Source: a virus
DNA length: 64,000 bases
Direction: 5' to 3' (one strand)
IMG/VR virus record: IMGVR_UViG_3300020421_000007
Location: 19,090-83,089 of that record
Shown: one piece after another, positions 45,317 to 55,127 of the stretch
Layout: the number at the start of each line of letters is the position of its first letter
How positions within the stretch are numbered: the first letter of the stretch is position 1
Made by a program: the position numbers and the translations under genes
Notes under the pieces: model-generated
What the model was told of the DNA's origin: nothing
Database searches by the model: none
The model's input: the letters and a program-made list of their open reading frames with translations, nothing else

Positions 45317-47020
45317 ATGAGTCAGTTATTTGGCTTCCAGATTAACAGAAAGGAGGGACAGAAGGGGCAATCCCCTGTCCCTCCTTCTGCTGATGAACCA
45401 GTTGCCGTAGCGGCAGGTGGTTATTATGGAACATATGTAGATACAGACAATCAAGCTCGCAATGAGTTTGAGATGATCCGTCGTTATCGTGACATGGCAA
45501 TTCACCCTGAGGTGGATAGTGCTGTTGACGAAGTAGTGAATGAGTTTATTGTGAGTGACTCTCACGATACTCCAGTTGAAATTAACTTAGATAATCTCGA
45601 AGTTGGTGCTGGAGTAAAAAATAAAATTCGCAATGAGTTTGAGTATATCAAACGTCTGTTGAATTTCGACAATCGCGCACATGAGATTGTTAGAACTTGG
45701 TATATTGATGGAAGGTTATTTTATCATAAGGTTATCGATTTAGATAATCCAAAGAAAGGTATTACGGAACTTCGTTATATTGATCCAATGAAGATCAAGA
45801 AGGTTCGTCAAAAACTTAGTGATAAACCAAAAGATGCTCTAGAACGTGCAGCAATTAAAGGCACGGCGCTTGAGTATGAATATGGAACACATGTAGATTA
45901 CTACCTTTATAACCCAAAAGGTTTTTACAAAGGTGGTGTTCTAGGACCAATTGGAGACATGTCTCTTTCACAGGGTGTGAAGATGGCAGTCGATTCAATT
46001 ACTTTCTGTCCTTCTGGACTACAAGATCTTAATAAAAGAATGGTTCTTGGTTTCCTTCATAAGGCAATCAAGTCTCTTAATCAATTAAGAATGATCGAAG
46101 ATAGTCTTGTTATCTACAGACTGTCCCGTGCTCCCGAACGTAGAATTTTTTACATTGATGTAGGCAATCTACCTAAGGTAAAAGCGGAACAATATCTTCG
46201 CGATGTTATGAGTCGCTATCGTAACAAGCTAGTCTATGACGCACAAACTGGTGAAATGCGCGACGACAAAAAACACATGAGTATGCTAGAGGATTTCTGG
46301 TTGCCTCGTAGAGAGGGTGGACGTGGCACTGAGATCACGACACTGCCTGGAGGACAGAACCTTGGCGAACTTAAGGACGTTGAGTATTTTAAAAAGAAAC
46401 TTTTTAACAGTCTTAATCTTCCTCCTTCCCGTCTCACAGACGACAATAAAGGATTCAATCTCGGTAAGACCACTGAAGTCCTCCGTGACGAACTTAAGTT
46501 CACGAAGTTCATCGGTCGTCTCCGTAAGCGATTCAGTGAGATGTTCCAAGACATGCTCAAGACCCAACTCATTCTTAAGGGAGTAATTGCTCCTGAAGAT
46601 TGGGAAGATATGAAAGAGCATATCCAGTATGACTATCTTTTTGATAATCATTTTAACGAACTCAAAGAGATCGAAATGATGAATCAAAGAATGATGTCTG
46701 TAACTCAAATGGATCCGTTTGTTGGAAAGTATTTTTCTACGGAATATATTCGTAAAAACATTCTTGGTCAAACTGAGAAAGAAATGAAAGAAATCGACAA
46801 ACAAATGCGTAAAGATATTAACACTGGTCTTGCTATTGATCCAGTTGAAGTTAATGTTCTTGATAATATGCAACAACAAAACGCTGCTCTCGCTCCAGAA
46901 ATTGAAGATCAAAAAGCAATTGATGCGGCAGAGAGACAAGAGGTTGCTGCTGATGCTGCGGCAGAAAGAGATATCAAAAAAGCAAAGTCCGCGCCGTCAA
47001 AACCTAGCAGTGATAAATAA
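45317..47020 (+). CDS. g20: Portal protein gp20
   Basis: IYRLSRAPERRIFYIDVGNLP, EDFWLPRREGGRGTEI; GATAAATA at 45281-45288. Confidence 0.98.
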   Translation: MSQLFGFQINRKEGQKGQSPVPPSADEPVAVAAGGYYGTYVDTDNQARNEFEMIRRYRDMAIHPEVDSAVDEVVNEFIVSDSHDTPVEINLDNLEVGAGVKNKIRNEFEYIKRLLNFDNRAHEIVRTWYIDGRLFYHKVIDLDNPKKGITELRYIDPMKIKKVRQKLSDKPKDALERAAIKGTALEYEYGTHVDYYLYNPKGFYKGGVLGPIGDMSLSQGVKMAVDSITFCPSGLQDLNKRMVLGFLHKAIKSLNQLRMIEDSLVIYRLSRAPERRIFYIDVGNLPKVKAEQYLRDVMSRYRNKLVYDAQTGEMRDDKKHMSMLEDFWLPRREGGRGTEITTLPGGQNLGELKDVEYFKKKLFNSLNLPPSRLTDDNKGFNLGKTTEVLRDELKFTKFIGRLRKRFSEMFQDMLKTQLILKGVIAPEDWEDMKEHIQYDYLFDNHFNELKEIEMMNQRMMSVTQMDPFVGKYFSTEYIRKNILGQTEKEMKEIDKQMRKDINTGLAIDPVEVNVLDNMQQQNAALAPEIEDQKAIDAAERQEVAADAAAERDIKKAKSAPSKPSSDK

Positions 47021-47039
47021 AATATACTGAATTGTTATT

Positions 47040-47261
47040 ATGTCAGAACAAACTGAAAGGGGTCAATTCCCTGGCGAGGTAAATATTGTCGATAAAATTA
47101 ACGACAATGATCGCGCAGCAGCAATTGATGCTATTCAAGATCTTTTGTTTTCCAAAGCAGCTGATGCTATGGCAGACTATAAGAAAGTGGTAGCAAACAC
47201 ATTCTTTGACGAACCTACCGAAACGGAAACTACCGATGAAACTGATAACGGAACAGATTGA
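47040..47261 (+). CDS. Small acidic prohead core protein (gp67-like position)
   Basis: 73 aa, acidic, between g20 and g21; GATAAATA at 47012-47019. Confidence 0.6.
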   Translation: MSEQTERGQFPGEVNIVDKINDNDRAAAIDAIQDLLFSKAADAMADYKKVVANTFFDEPTETETTDETDNGTD

Positions 47262-47877
47262 AAACGTACAAATCCTCACTGAGGAAAGAGACGGAAAGAA
47301 ACTTCTATACATCGAAGGTGTCTTTCTTCAATCAGAACTAAAGAACCGCAATGGTCGCATGTATCCCTTTGATGTTCTCAACAATGAAGTTGAGAGATAC
47401 AACGAAGAGTATGTAAAATCAAAGCGTGCTTTAGGTGAACTTGGACATCCTGATGGTCCTACTATTAATCTTGATAGAGTATCACACAGAATTACAAGTC
47501 TCCGCGCTGAAGGTAATAACTTTATTGGTAAGGCACAGATCCTTGACACACCAATGGGTAACATTGCCAAGTCATTGTTAGGTGAGGGAGTTCAGTTAGG
47601 TGTTTCCTCTCGTGGTATGGGAAGCATTCAAAAGAAAGAAGATGTCAACATTGTTGCTGATGACTTCATGCTTACAACTGCTGCTGATATTGTAGCAGAT
47701 CCTTCCGCTCCTGATGCTTTTGTCAATGGCATTATGGAAGGTAAAGAGTGGGTATGGGACAACGGCATTCTTAAGGAAGCAAAAGTTGATAAATACCGCA
47801 GATACATCGACGAATCACGTCGTGATCTAGAATCAAGGACCCTCAAGGTATTTGAGGATTTCCTTGGAAAACTTTGA
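47236..47877 (+). CDS. g21: Prohead protease gp21
   Basis: MKLITEQIE, ALGELGHP, GVSSRGMGS, DIVADPSAPDA. Confidence 0.97.
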   Translation: MKLITEQIENVQILTEERDGKKLLYIEGVFLQSELKNRNGRMYPFDVLNNEVERYNEEYVKSKRALGELGHPDGPTINLDRVSHRITSLRAEGNNFIGKAQILDTPMGNIAKSLLGEGVQLGVSSRGMGSIQKKEDVNIVADDFMLTTAADIVADPSAPDAFVNGIMEGKEWVWDNGILKEAKVDKYRRYIDESRRDLESRTLKVFEDFLGKL

Positions 47878-47880
47878 TTC

Positions 47881-47888
47881 TATAAATA
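47881..47888 (+). promoter_or_regulatory. T4-type late promoter
   Basis: Exact TATAAATA upstream of g22. Confidence 0.85.
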
Positions 47889-47929
47889 AACTTAGATTAA
47901 TTATACGGAAAATTACGAGGTAAACTCAA

Positions 47930-49081
47930 ATGTCAGATATGCTAAACGAAAAATTTGAGGAGTTCGTTACCGAGCAGAAGGTGATTGTGGAAGCTGGCGA
48001 TCCTATGCCATCGGTTTCTGCTAACGTTATCCCTGGCACTGGTAGTGAACCCTCCCAGGTTTCTGACGCACAGACTAGTTCTGGTGGCGGCAAGGATCCT
48101 GCTCCTACAGTACAACCAGGCGTTGCTCCTGGACAATCTGCTGCCGCAGATCTAGGTGGTACATCCACCGCTCCTAATGAGCACGATGATGATGGAGAGG
48201 AGAATCCTGGCGCTAAGGCGGCAGCTCCTATTTCGCAAGTATCTGGCGATCCACAGCAACGCGCTAAAGGCGGTGCTGATCCTCAACCATCAGTTGGTGC
48301 TGATGTAGCGTATGCTACTAGCACTGGTCCTGCTGTTGGATACCCCATCAAGCCCTCATTTGAGGAACTCGATGTTTCCGCTGACGTTGCCGCTCTAGTA
48401 GAAGGCACCGAACTCTCTGAAGAGTTTGCTGAAAAAGCAAAGACAATCTTTGAGGCTGCTGTTAAAGCAAAAATCTCTGAAGAGTATGACAGACTTGTAG
48501 AACACTTTACCACTGAATTCGATAAGCATTTCGCTGAAGCTAAGAGCGAGATGTCTGAAGAAGTCAACGGTACTGTGAACTACGCCATTGGTCAATGGAT
48601 GGAGCAAAACCAAGTTGCTGTTGACCGTGGAATCAGAAATGAGATCACTGAAGACTTCATCGCAGGTCTCAAGGGTCTCTTTGAAGAGCACTATATCGCT
48701 ATCCCCGACGAGAAGGTCGATGTGGTAGAAGGTATGGCTGAATCTATTCGTGAAATGGAAACCCGCCTTGACGAACAGGTCAAAGCAAATGTGAAACTAC
48801 AAAATCGTCTTAACGAGACTGCTAAAATCAACATTCTGGCTACTGTGTCGGAAGGACTTGCAGATACTCAGAAAGAAAAACTCGCAGCACTTGCTGAGGG
48901 TCTAGAGTTTGTTTCCGAGGAATCATTCTCCAAGAAGGTTGCTACCATCAAGGAGTCTTACTTCAAGGAAGCAGCTGCACCTCAAAGTGAGGTTGCTGAT
49001 GAAACTCCAGTCGAAGGTGTGGACGATGCTAATCCAGCAATGGCACAGTATCTCCAAGCACTTAACCGCTGGAATTCCTGA
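47930..49081 (+). CDS. g22: Prohead scaffold gp22
   Basis: ELSEEFAEKAKTIFEAAV, GLKGLFEEHYI, TIKESYF. Confidence 0.94.
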   Translation: MSDMLNEKFEEFVTEQKVIVEAGDPMPSVSANVIPGTGSEPSQVSDAQTSSGGGKDPAPTVQPGVAPGQSAAADLGGTSTAPNEHDDDGEENPGAKAAAPISQVSGDPQQRAKGGADPQPSVGADVAYATSTGPAVGYPIKPSFEELDVSADVAALVEGTELSEEFAEKAKTIFEAAVKAKISEEYDRLVEHFTTEFDKHFAEAKSEMSEEVNGTVNYAIGQWMEQNQVAVDRGIRNEITEDFIAGLKGLFEEHYIAIPDEKVDVVEGMAESIREMETRLDEQVKANVKLQNRLNETAKINILATVSEGLADTQKEKLAALAEGLEFVSEESFSKKVATIKESYFKEAAAPQSEVADETPVEGVDDANPAMAQYLQALNRWNS

Positions 49082-49114
49082 TAATTATCAAACTACTTTT
49101 AAACGGAGCTAAAA

Positions 49115-50509
49115 ATGTTTAACGCACAAGCTCTAACCGAAAAGTGGTCACCTGTTCTAGGTCATGAAGGCGCTGGTGCCATCAAGGACAACTATAGAAA
49201 GGCTGTTACCGCTGTTCTGTTAGAAAATACTGAAAAGCAACTACGCGAAGAGCGTGGTATGGTTAACGAGGCAAGCACTGTCGGTGCTATCAGCGCAGCT
49301 GGTGGACAAGCACTTGGCGGTTCAGGTCTCACAACCAAGACTGGTGGACTTGCTGGTTTCGATCCAGTAATGATCTCCCTAATCCGTCGTGCTGCCCCTA
49401 ACCTCGTAGCATACGACATCTGTGGTGTTCAACCAATGAGCGGTCCTACTGGACTTATCTTCGCAATGAAGAGCCACTACAACAACCGTAGCGGTGCTGA
49501 GGCACTCTACAACGAGCCTGACGCCAACTTCTCTGGTAACACCCAGGGTCCTGGTGCTTACAACGATCCCGTCGCTCCTCTTGGCGATGGTGGTGCTACC
49601 GATGCTAACCCTGGTCTGCTTAATGACAGCGGCACCTATGAGCGTCAAGCAGGCAACATTGCTAGAGAAACTGCAGAAGTTCTAGGTTCAGGTTCGACCC
49701 TGTTCAACGAAATGGACTTCAGCATCGAGAAGACTGCGGTCACCGCTAAGACGAGAGCACTTCGTGCTGAGTACACCTTAGAACTCGCACAAGACCTCAA
49801 GGCGATCCATGGTCTAGATGCCGAGCAAGAGCTCGCTAACCTACTCTCCAGCGAGATTCTTGCTGAGATCAACCGTGAAGTCGTTCGTACCGTATACACC
49901 GTTGCTAAGCCTGGTGCTCAGAACAACGTTGCTAACGCTGGTATCTTCGACCTCGACGTTGACAGCAACGGTCGCTGGTCGGTTGAGAAATTCAAGGGAC
50001 TTATGTTCCAGATTGAAAGAGATGCTAACGCTATCGCGCAGCAGACTCGTAGAGGAAAGGGCAACTTCATCATCACTTCTGCTGATGTTGCTTCCGCACT
50101 CGCCATGTCTGGCACCCTCGACTATTCCTCAGGTCTAACTGGCGCTGGTGGTCCTTCCATCGGTGAAGTTGATGACACTGGTAACCTCCTAGTCGGCACC
50201 ATGAACGGTCGCATTAAGGTCTACGTTGATCCTTATTCTGCTAACGTTTCCAACAACCACTACTACGTAGTTGGTTATAAGGGTTCCTCCCCATATGACG
50301 CAGGTCTATTCTACTGCCCATATGTACCCCTCCAGATGCTCAGAAGCATCGATCCTGAGACCTTCCAGCCTAAGATTGGCTTCAAGACCCGCTACGGCAT
50401 GGTTGCGAACCCATTCGTTGAGGCTTCCGCTGGTACTCCTGATGCTGAAGCACTTACCGCTTCTAAGAACCAGTATTACAGACGTGTTCTTGTTAAGAAC
50501 CTCATGTGA
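49115..50509 (+). CDS. g23: Major capsid protein gp23
   Basis: DICGVQPMSGPTGLIFAM, ELAQDLKAIHGLDAE, FQPKIGFKTRYG. Confidence 0.99.
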   Translation: MFNAQALTEKWSPVLGHEGAGAIKDNYRKAVTAVLLENTEKQLREERGMVNEASTVGAISAAGGQALGGSGLTTKTGGLAGFDPVMISLIRRAAPNLVAYDICGVQPMSGPTGLIFAMKSHYNNRSGAEALYNEPDANFSGNTQGPGAYNDPVAPLGDGGATDANPGLLNDSGTYERQAGNIARETAEVLGSGSTLFNEMDFSIEKTAVTAKTRALRAEYTLELAQDLKAIHGLDAEQELANLLSSEILAEINREVVRTVYTVAKPGAQNNVANAGIFDLDVDSNGRWSVEKFKGLMFQIERDANAIAQQTRRGKGNFIITSADVASALAMSGTLDYSSGLTGAGGPSIGEVDDTGNLLVGTMNGRIKVYVDPYSANVSNNHYYVVGYKGSSPYDAGLFYCPYVPLQMLRSIDPETFQPKIGFKTRYGMVANPFVEASAGTPDAEALTASKNQYYRRVLVKNLM

Positions 50510-50530
50510 TATCGGTCACGATACAAACAC

Positions 50531-50555
50531 AGGGACCCCACGGGGTCCCTTTTTT
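50531..50555 (+). terminator. Rho-independent terminator after g23
   Basis: AGGGACCCC-AC-GGGGTCCCT followed by a T tract; TTAAATA late motif at 50560-50566. Confidence 0.9.
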
Positions 50556-50586
50556 ATGCTTAAATAGTGGTAGTTGATTTCATATT

Positions 50587-50751
50587 ATGCCTCGTGGTCG
50601 TTTGCTGAAAATAGATATTCTCGCCAGAGTGTATAAAATGAAGACGGATTTATATGATGGGAAGTATGAGAATAGAACTGGTCAATGGCATGACGGTGCT
50701 CATGACACTTTAAATACGGTGCTAGATATACTAAACGAATATAGAGAATAG
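50587..50751 (+). CDS. Small hypothetical protein (54 aa)
   Basis: MPRGRLLKIDILARVYKMKTDLY...WHDGAHDTLNTVLDILNEYRE; below the ORF-track cutoff. Confidence 0.7.
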   Translation: MPRGRLLKIDILARVYKMKTDLYDGKYENRTGQWHDGAHDTLNTVLDILNEYRE

Positions 50752-50757
50752 TATAGT

Positions 50758-51468
50758 ATGAAAATTATTGATCCTCGTGAAATTTTTGCTTTAAATGATC
50801 TTAACTGGAGGATTGAAGTTTATCACGTTGGAAATTCTGACAATAGAATTGTATTAGTTAAAAATTTTTTTAAGAACCCAGATAAAGTAAGAGAGTATGC
50901 AAAATCAATTGCTTATGTAGATACTGTTGATGGGCAACTAAGTAACATTCCTGGTTACGTTCATACTATCGGAAACTTACCTAAAATTTCAAAACCAATA
51001 AGAAAAATAATTAAAAATAAATTTGCAAGTTTTGAAACTTCAAACTATTTGAATAGATTTACTTTTCAAAGTTACCCAGTAAATCAAACTGTTAGAGAAG
51101 TGGGCATGTTTCCACATACAGACAACATCAGATATGCTGGTGTATGTTCTCTCAATAAAGATAATGAATATTGTGGGAATGATAATGGCACTGCTCTATG
51201 GAGAAAAAACAGTACATCTGAAGAGTATATGTCACGAGACTATAACTATAGAGCAAACTACTTTCGTGACACAGATCCGATTTATAAATTTAAATATGTT
51301 AAATTGGATCCATCTAATATTGTTATTGATGGATGGAGTAAGTATCATGTAGTTCCACATTCATACAATACCATGATTTTTTACGAAGGTACTTTATGGC
51401 ACTCTCCATACTATACTGCATCAAAATGGAAAAGTGATCGTTTAACGTTTAACTGTTTCTTAGACTAA
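50758..51468 (+). CDS. DUF6445-like 2OG-Fe(II) oxygenase-fold protein
   Basis: VKNFFKNPDKVR, PHTD (HxD), GTALW, WHSPY, RLT. Confidence 0.7.
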   Translation: MKIIDPREIFALNDLNWRIEVYHVGNSDNRIVLVKNFFKNPDKVREYAKSIAYVDTVDGQLSNIPGYVHTIGNLPKISKPIRKIIKNKFASFETSNYLNRFTFQSYPVNQTVREVGMFPHTDNIRYAGVCSLNKDNEYCGNDNGTALWRKNSTSEEYMSRDYNYRANYFRDTDPIYKFKYVKLDPSNIVIDGWSKYHVVPHSYNTMIFYEGTLWHSPYYTASKWKSDRLTFNCFLD

Positions 51469-51605
51469 TGGAAGACAAAAATTTTAAAGAACTCACTATG
51501 AAAGCTGTGAAAATGAAAACTGATATTTTAATGGAAGAACCTTGTCCAATCTATGAGGCGGACGAAAAAGACTGGGAGGACTTCTGGTATAACGAGGATA
51601 AATAG
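51468..51605 (+). CDS. Small acidic hypothetical protein (45 aa)
   Basis: MEDKNFKELTMKAVKMKTDILMEEPCPIYEADEKDWEDFWYNEDK; TAATG overlap; ends in a GATAAATA late motif. Confidence 0.55.
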   Translation: MEDKNFKELTMKAVKMKTDILMEEPCPIYEADEKDWEDFWYNEDK

Positions 51606-51625
51606 TATCAGCTTGGGAAGTTGAC

Positions 51626-52147
51626 ATGTCTGCTGAATGGTATAAGGAACAACCTAGTAATAGGAATTTCCTAAATCCAATTGGTTATCTCCTTAAACTA
51701 GAGAAGTTTGAAGGAGTAGACTTCTTTTGTCAAACAGCAAATATCCCCGACGTTTCAATGCCAACCACGGAAGTGTCAAGTCCATTTAGGAACTTGCCAA
51801 TTATTCCAAGTGGTGGAGTAACGTTCGGGGATTTTTCTGTGCGTTTTATTGTTGACGAAGATCTAGTAAATTACAATAGTATTCATGCTTGGATGCGTGA
51901 CAATGGTAATGCGGATCAAATGGCAAGGACAACTGCTGAAGCAGATATTTACACAGACGGACAATTACACATTGTCACTTCCGCATACAACCCAGCGTTC
52001 ATTGTAGAGTTTAGAGATATCTTTCCAGTGTCTTTGTCTGGTTTGCAGTTTGATGCTACAATGACAGATGTAGAATACATTACTGCTGAAGTTACATTCA
52101 AGCATCAACAATTCTTCCTTCGTAATAAAAACTTACAACCTCTATGA
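51626..52147 (+). CDS. g3: Tail completion/tube terminator gp3
   Basis: NRNFLNPIG, FFCQTANIP, FIVDEDLVNY, FPVSLS. Confidence 0.9.
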   Translation: MSAEWYKEQPSNRNFLNPIGYLLKLEKFEGVDFFCQTANIPDVSMPTTEVSSPFRNLPIIPSGGVTFGDFSVRFIVDEDLVNYNSIHAWMRDNGNADQMARTTAEADIYTDGQLHIVTSAYNPAFIVEFRDIFPVSLSGLQFDATMTDVEYITAEVTFKHQQFFLRNKNLQPL

Positions 52148-52617
52148 ATTTTGAATCTCTTCGTAATAAATTTGAAAAACTGAGAGAAGACTGGGCAGAA
52201 GATTCAGCAGTTGACTTTCAATTCAAGAACAAACAGTATACCACAGATCTGGGACAACTCGCGTTAGACATCCCTTTTCAACATAATAAATACTTAAACC
52301 ATTACACTGACATTCAGCAGATCAAAACCTCGCTGGAATTTGAGATCCGTAAAACGGTAAGAGAGAAGCGTGAGTATTACTCTGGCGAAGCAGACGCTAA
52401 GACATACGCCGCTAAACCATTTGGATCATCTATCAAGACTTCCGAAAAAATGAAAGTATATCTAGAGTCTGATGATGAAATCATCAATCTAGAAGCTAAG
52501 ATTAAATATCTTGACCAGATGCTTTACTGGTTGGATCAAGTCATGAAACAAATTTCTAACAGAGGATTTCAAATCAAGAGTGCCATTGAGTGGGAGAAAT
52601 TTGTAAATGGACAATGA
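52144..52617 (+). CDS. uvsY: Recombination mediator UvsY
   Basis: HNKYL, EYYSGEA, ISNRGFQIKSAIEWEKF. Confidence 0.92.
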   Translation: MNFESLRNKFEKLREDWAEDSAVDFQFKNKQYTTDLGQLALDIPFQHNKYLNHYTDIQQIKTSLEFEIRKTVREKREYYSGEADAKTYAAKPFGSSIKTSEKMKVYLESDDEIINLEAKIKYLDQMLYWLDQVMKQISNRGFQIKSAIEWEKFVNGQ

Positions 52618-54086
52618 TGACCACCCTGAGTATTAAAAAGAAAAACGAAGTTTACATTACTATTCAGTCTCCAGAACCTCATGTCCATCATGAGCTCTCA
52701 GACTATTTTTCGTTTGAAGTTCCAGAAGCAAAGTTCCTAAAAAAGAACCCCAGGTACAAATACTGGGATGGAACTATTCGTCTGTACTCTCCTGGTACAG
52801 GCGAACTTTATGGTGGTTTGATGAAACACCTGCAGGTGTGGGCAGACGAACGCCAATATAATATTGAGTATGAAAAAAATGATTGGTATGGAGATGTTGA
52901 AGAAACAAATGATTTTGTTTCTTATGCGGGTATCCAAACTTTTATGGACAAGATCACCCGAACGGGAATTACTCCAAGGGTATATCAATACCGTGCGGTT
53001 TACGAAGCAATAAAAAATAACAGAAAGTTACTTCTTTCTCCTACGGGATCTGGAAAGTCTTTGATGATCTATTCCCTCATCAGATACTATACTGCTACCA
53101 ACAAGAAGACGCTCATCATCGTGCCTACTACGTCCTTGGTAGAACAGATGGTCAATGACTTTAACGATTACGGGTGGAATGCGGACGACCATGTGCATAA
53201 GATATATTCGGGCAAGGATAAAAATACGGATAAACCAATTATTATTTCAACCTGGCAATCAATCTACAAGTTTCCCAAGAGATACTTTGATGATATTGAC
53301 TGTGTTATCGGTGATGAAGCACACCTATTTAAGTCGAAGTCCCTCACGGGAATCATGACTAAACTACACAATGCCAAGTATAGGTTTGGTTTTACTGGCA
53401 CCCTAGATGGGAGTAAAACACATAAATGGGTATTAGAAGGATTGTTCGGTAATTGTGAACAAGTAACTAAAACAGATGATCTTATTAAAGAAGGTTATCT
53501 TAGCAAGTTTAGAATCAAAGTGTTGCTCTGTAAACATGCTCCTCAGCATTTCGACACATACCATGACGAGATGGAGTATCTTGTATCACATCCTGGTAGA
53601 AATAACCTTATTAAAAATTTAGTTAAAGATATAGAAGGCAACACACTTGTCTTATTTAACTATATCGAGAAACATGGTGAACCACTTTATGAGTTAATAA
53701 ATAACAGCATAGACCCCGAACGAAAACTATTTTTTGTTCATGGTGGTACTGATGTAGAAGACCGAGAAGCAGTTCGTCAGATTACTGAGACTGAGAACAA
53801 CGCCGTAATCCTTGCGTCTTATGGCACCTTCTCTACAGGTATTAACATCAAACGATTACACAACATTATTTTTGCTTCCCCAAGTAAGTCGCGCATCCGC
53901 AACCTCCAGTCCATCGGACGTGTCCTCAGGAAAGGCGAAGGCAAAGACATAGCAACCTTATATGATATCGCTGATGATATTGGCGGTCAGAACTATACAT
54001 TGAGACATTTGAACGAAAGAGTTACAATTTACAATGAAGAGAATTTTAAATATGAGGTTATAAAAGTAAACCTACGAGCAAATTAA
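52614..54086 (+). CDS. uvsW: DNA helicase UvsW
   Basis: SPTGSGKS, GDEAH, LQSIGRVLR. Confidence 0.96.
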   Translation: MMTTLSIKKKNEVYITIQSPEPHVHHELSDYFSFEVPEAKFLKKNPRYKYWDGTIRLYSPGTGELYGGLMKHLQVWADERQYNIEYEKNDWYGDVEETNDFVSYAGIQTFMDKITRTGITPRVYQYRAVYEAIKNNRKLLLSPTGSGKSLMIYSLIRYYTATNKKTLIIVPTTSLVEQMVNDFNDYGWNADDHVHKIYSGKDKNTDKPIIISTWQSIYKFPKRYFDDIDCVIGDEAHLFKSKSLTGIMTKLHNAKYRFGFTGTLDGSKTHKWVLEGLFGNCEQVTKTDDLIKEGYLSKFRIKVLLCKHAPQHFDTYHDEMEYLVSHPGRNNLIKNLVKDIEGNTLVLFNYIEKHGEPLYELINNSIDPERKLFFVHGGTDVEDREAVRQITETENNAVILASYGTFSTGINIKRLHNIIFASPSKSRIRNLQSIGRVLRKGEGKDIATLYDIADDIGGQNYTLRHLNERVTIYNEENFKYEVIKVNLRAN

Positions 54087-54088
54087 AT

Positions 54089-54487
54089 ATGGAAGAAGAA
54101 TTCTATGCAACTATTAAATTAGTATCAGGTGAAGAAATAGTATCTAAAGTTTGTTATCTTCCAGATGAAGATAAAATTATGTTAGATAAACCTTTAGTTG
54201 TAGAAACTGCTAAACAAAGAAAAGGTCAATTAGAAGTATCTGGTTTTGCTTTAAAAGAATGGATCTCTGCTACTTTTGATAATATGTTTATTATTAACAG
54301 AAGTCATGTTATGACAATAACTGAGATAGAAGGAGAGATAGCAGACTTCTATGAAAAAACCCTCAACCGTTTAGAGACTGGAAAATCTCTAGCAGGAAGA
54401 GGGAATAAATTACCTAGAGGGTCTGGATATCTAGGTTCAATAAAAGAGATGAAAAAAACTTTAGAAAATATATTTGATAAGAGTTAG
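54089..54487 (+). CDS. Conserved T4-like hypothetical protein (possible Sm-like fold)
   Basis: FYATIKLVSGEEIV N-terminus; position between uvsW and g55. Confidence 0.65.
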   Translation: MEEEFYATIKLVSGEEIVSKVCYLPDEDKIMLDKPLVVETAKQRKGQLEVSGFALKEWISATFDNMFIINRSHVMTITEIEGEIADFYEKTLNRLETGKSLAGRGNKLPRGSGYLGSIKEMKKTLENIFDKS

Positions 54488-54527
54488 TATTTAAAAGCTA
54501 CTACTTCTCTTGAACCCTGACAGAGTT

Positions 54528-54556
54528 ATCCTACTGAGGTTCTGAGGATTTGTCAA
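54528..54556 (-). promoter_or_regulatory. Divergent sigma70-type antisense promoter
   Basis: Minus strand TTGACA (54556-54551)-17 nt-TAGGAT (54533-54528). Confidence 0.55.
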
Positions 54557-54562
54557 CCCCCT

Positions 54563-54591
54563 TTGACAATTCCATAACAGAGTGGTATACT
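54563..54591 (+). promoter_or_regulatory. Sigma70-type promoter of g55
   Basis: TTGACA-17 nt-TATACT with an extended -10 TG. Confidence 0.9.
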
Positions 54592-54632
54592 TGATACATG
54601 ATTATGTAAGGCAAACCGTGGCATACACAGTA

Positions 54633-55127
54633 ATGGCAAAAAGAAAACAAACTGAATATTACGTTAACAACAAAGAGTTCCTTGCTGCTATTACTGAGTA
54701 CAGAGAAAAAGTACATAGAGCAAAAGAACAAGACAAACCTCGCCCACGAGTTACCAACTATATTGGTTCTTGTTTTTTAAAAATTGCTACCCACTTATCA
54801 TACAAACCAAATTTTGTTAACTACATGTTTCGTGAGGATATGATCTGTGATGGTATCGAGAACTGTCTCCAGTACATCGATAACTTTGATCCAGAGAAAT
54901 CCAAGAACCCGTTTGCTTACTTTACACAAATCATTTACTACGCTTTTCTTCGCCGCATTCAAAAAGAGAAAAAACAACTAGAGATCAAAGGAAAAATTCT
55001 AGAACGTTCTGGGTATGATGAAGTAATGCATACTGATTCTTATGATGGCAGCATGTCTGGTATGAACGCATCGTATTCTGATATGGGAAGTATTAAAGAA
55101 AACATTGAAACAAGAATGAACCGATGA
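54633..55127 (+). CDS. g55: Late sigma factor gp55
   Basis: YVNNKEFL, NFVNYMFREDMICDGIENC, NPFAYFTQI. Confidence 0.97.
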   Translation: MAKRKQTEYYVNNKEFLAAITEYREKVHRAKEQDKPRPRVTNYIGSCFLKIATHLSYKPNFVNYMFREDMICDGIENCLQYIDNFDPEKSKNPFAYFTQIIYYAFLRRIQKEKKQLEIKGKILERSGYDEVMHTDSYDGSMSGMNASYSDMGSIKENIETRMNR

